From Asterias rubens (lineage: Eukaryota), in assembly GCF_902459465.1 (NCBI RefSeq), contig NC_047069.1:8494001-8558000 (forward strand): DNA of 64,000 bases. The letters are read 5' to 3'. Numbering within the stretch: position 1 is the first letter of the stretch; every line of letters starts with the position of its first letter. Of the stretch, positions 62,584 to 64,000 are shown one piece after another. A program made the position numbers and the translations under genes. The notes below the pieces were generated by a model. It was not told the DNA's origin and searched no databases. It saw only the letters and a list, made by a program, of their open reading frames with translations.

Positions 62584-64000
62584 TGTGTATCGTACGCAAG
62601 ATTTGACTGGGTAAAATGGAATTAAATTTCTCCCTCTTGGTGAAAAAATAGTGCCTACTAAAGGTGACGTGTTAACATGCACATTTTAAACTGGAAGGTT
62701 TCGCCTTCTTCAGTTCGTATAAAATTGACTCAACAGCGTTATCTCAGTTATCATACCTGAGGCGCGGCACGAGCGTGTAGACACGTTGCACCATTGCCCC
62801 GAGTAGGTAGTGGACGATGAAAGGTACTCACACCATTAAAATTGTAACCTGTTTATTATTCAAAATTATGGGGACCTAAGAATGAAAGTGAGGTTGATTA
62901 AAGGTAATACTTTTCGGATACTTAGTTCCCCGCAGGCATCAGATCTAGGCATTGATTGTACGTTTTTCTATACACAACAAAAGTTTGTTTGACGTTCTAA
63001 AACTAAAAGCTTTTTGATAAAGTAAATTTATAAGAAAGAAAGAAAAAACAATATTAGCTCTCGGGTTTTGGAAATATTTTGTACTGAAGCCACAAAGACA
63101 ATTAGGGTGAACTCAAGGTGAACTAAGAAGTAGAAGTATCTCAACGTATGGATAATTTAACTCCATGTCATTGTCATTTTCAAACAAAAGTACTACTGTT
63201 TTGGGTTTTTTTTTTTCAATTGTTTTGAATACACCTACTCATTTACGTTGTTAGCTTTAGTTCAACACAATATTAAAACACTCCTGAAATGAATTCTAAA
63301 GCGTGAAATTAAACATGAGTTTGGTACACGAGTAGGCCTCTGGGATCTGAAAGCACTGCCTTGGGTCACATTGGCCAACTTGTGTCCTCCTAATGGCGTC
63401 TTCTCCCTACAGGTTATTTTTTTTATCTGAACTACAAAATGTCTTTTTGAAATATATCTTAGCTCGCACAATGATCGAGGTTGGTGCCGGGGGCTAAACA
63501 CAATATGATCCACACGTTGTTTGTCATTTCCGTTGTAGTTAAATGAGAGAACGGGTGTTTCTTTGTACACAGTGACTGGTCGAGACATTTTCTTGGCACG
63601 ACATGATACATGATCTAATATAAAGCTAATCATCTTCGCGTAAGATATTATTATACCTTTAAGTGTAAACCACACCTATCGTTGATTGACACAATAAAGC
63701 ATTTACCTCAGCAACCCTTTCTCAAATGTTACTCCTGTGAACAATTTTGAGAGACAATTATTGTCACTCAGGCTGAGCGTATATTTAAATGAAACACATG
63801 TCTATATGCTGTTCTACAATATCACTTTTTACACTAATGCTTCAACGCTGAATTTTACCCGTTATGGGATTGCCAAATAATTATATTAACATCTTGTACA
63901 CCTGATGCTTTTAAGCATTATTATTATCCAGCAAAGCCTATTAAAAGATACTCGTTCGACAATATCGTAGCAACCACTAATTCCCAGTGAACGCCCTCAA

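Overview
AT-rich, intron-containing eukaryotic DNA from an invertebrate deuterostome. The repeat and gene content suggest an echinoderm, probably a sea star (inference). Five protein-coding genes were reconstructed by hand from reading frames and splice phases: (1) an intronless, divergent class A GPCR (minus, 17973-19172); (2) a 3-exon secreted 10-Cys beta-microseminoprotein (PSP94)-like gene not represented in the ORF track (minus, 22559-24165); (3) a secreted matrix metalloproteinase with hemopexin domain (minus, 25793 to at least 29858), with one GC-AG intron and an unresolved 5' end; (4) a 14-exon transglutaminase with an intact Cys-His-Asp triad (plus, 37366-44780), head-to-head with the MMP; (5) an intronless ankyrin-repeat/SOCS-box protein (plus, 46213-47610). 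Non-coding DNA is rich in TTAA-flanked MITEs (one nested in another), fold-back palindromes, tRNA-derived SINEs and a Penelope-type palindrome carrying a minimal hammerhead ribozyme motif. Most short ORFs in the supplied track are not supported as genes. No prokaryotic features, rRNA or CRISPR arrays were seen.
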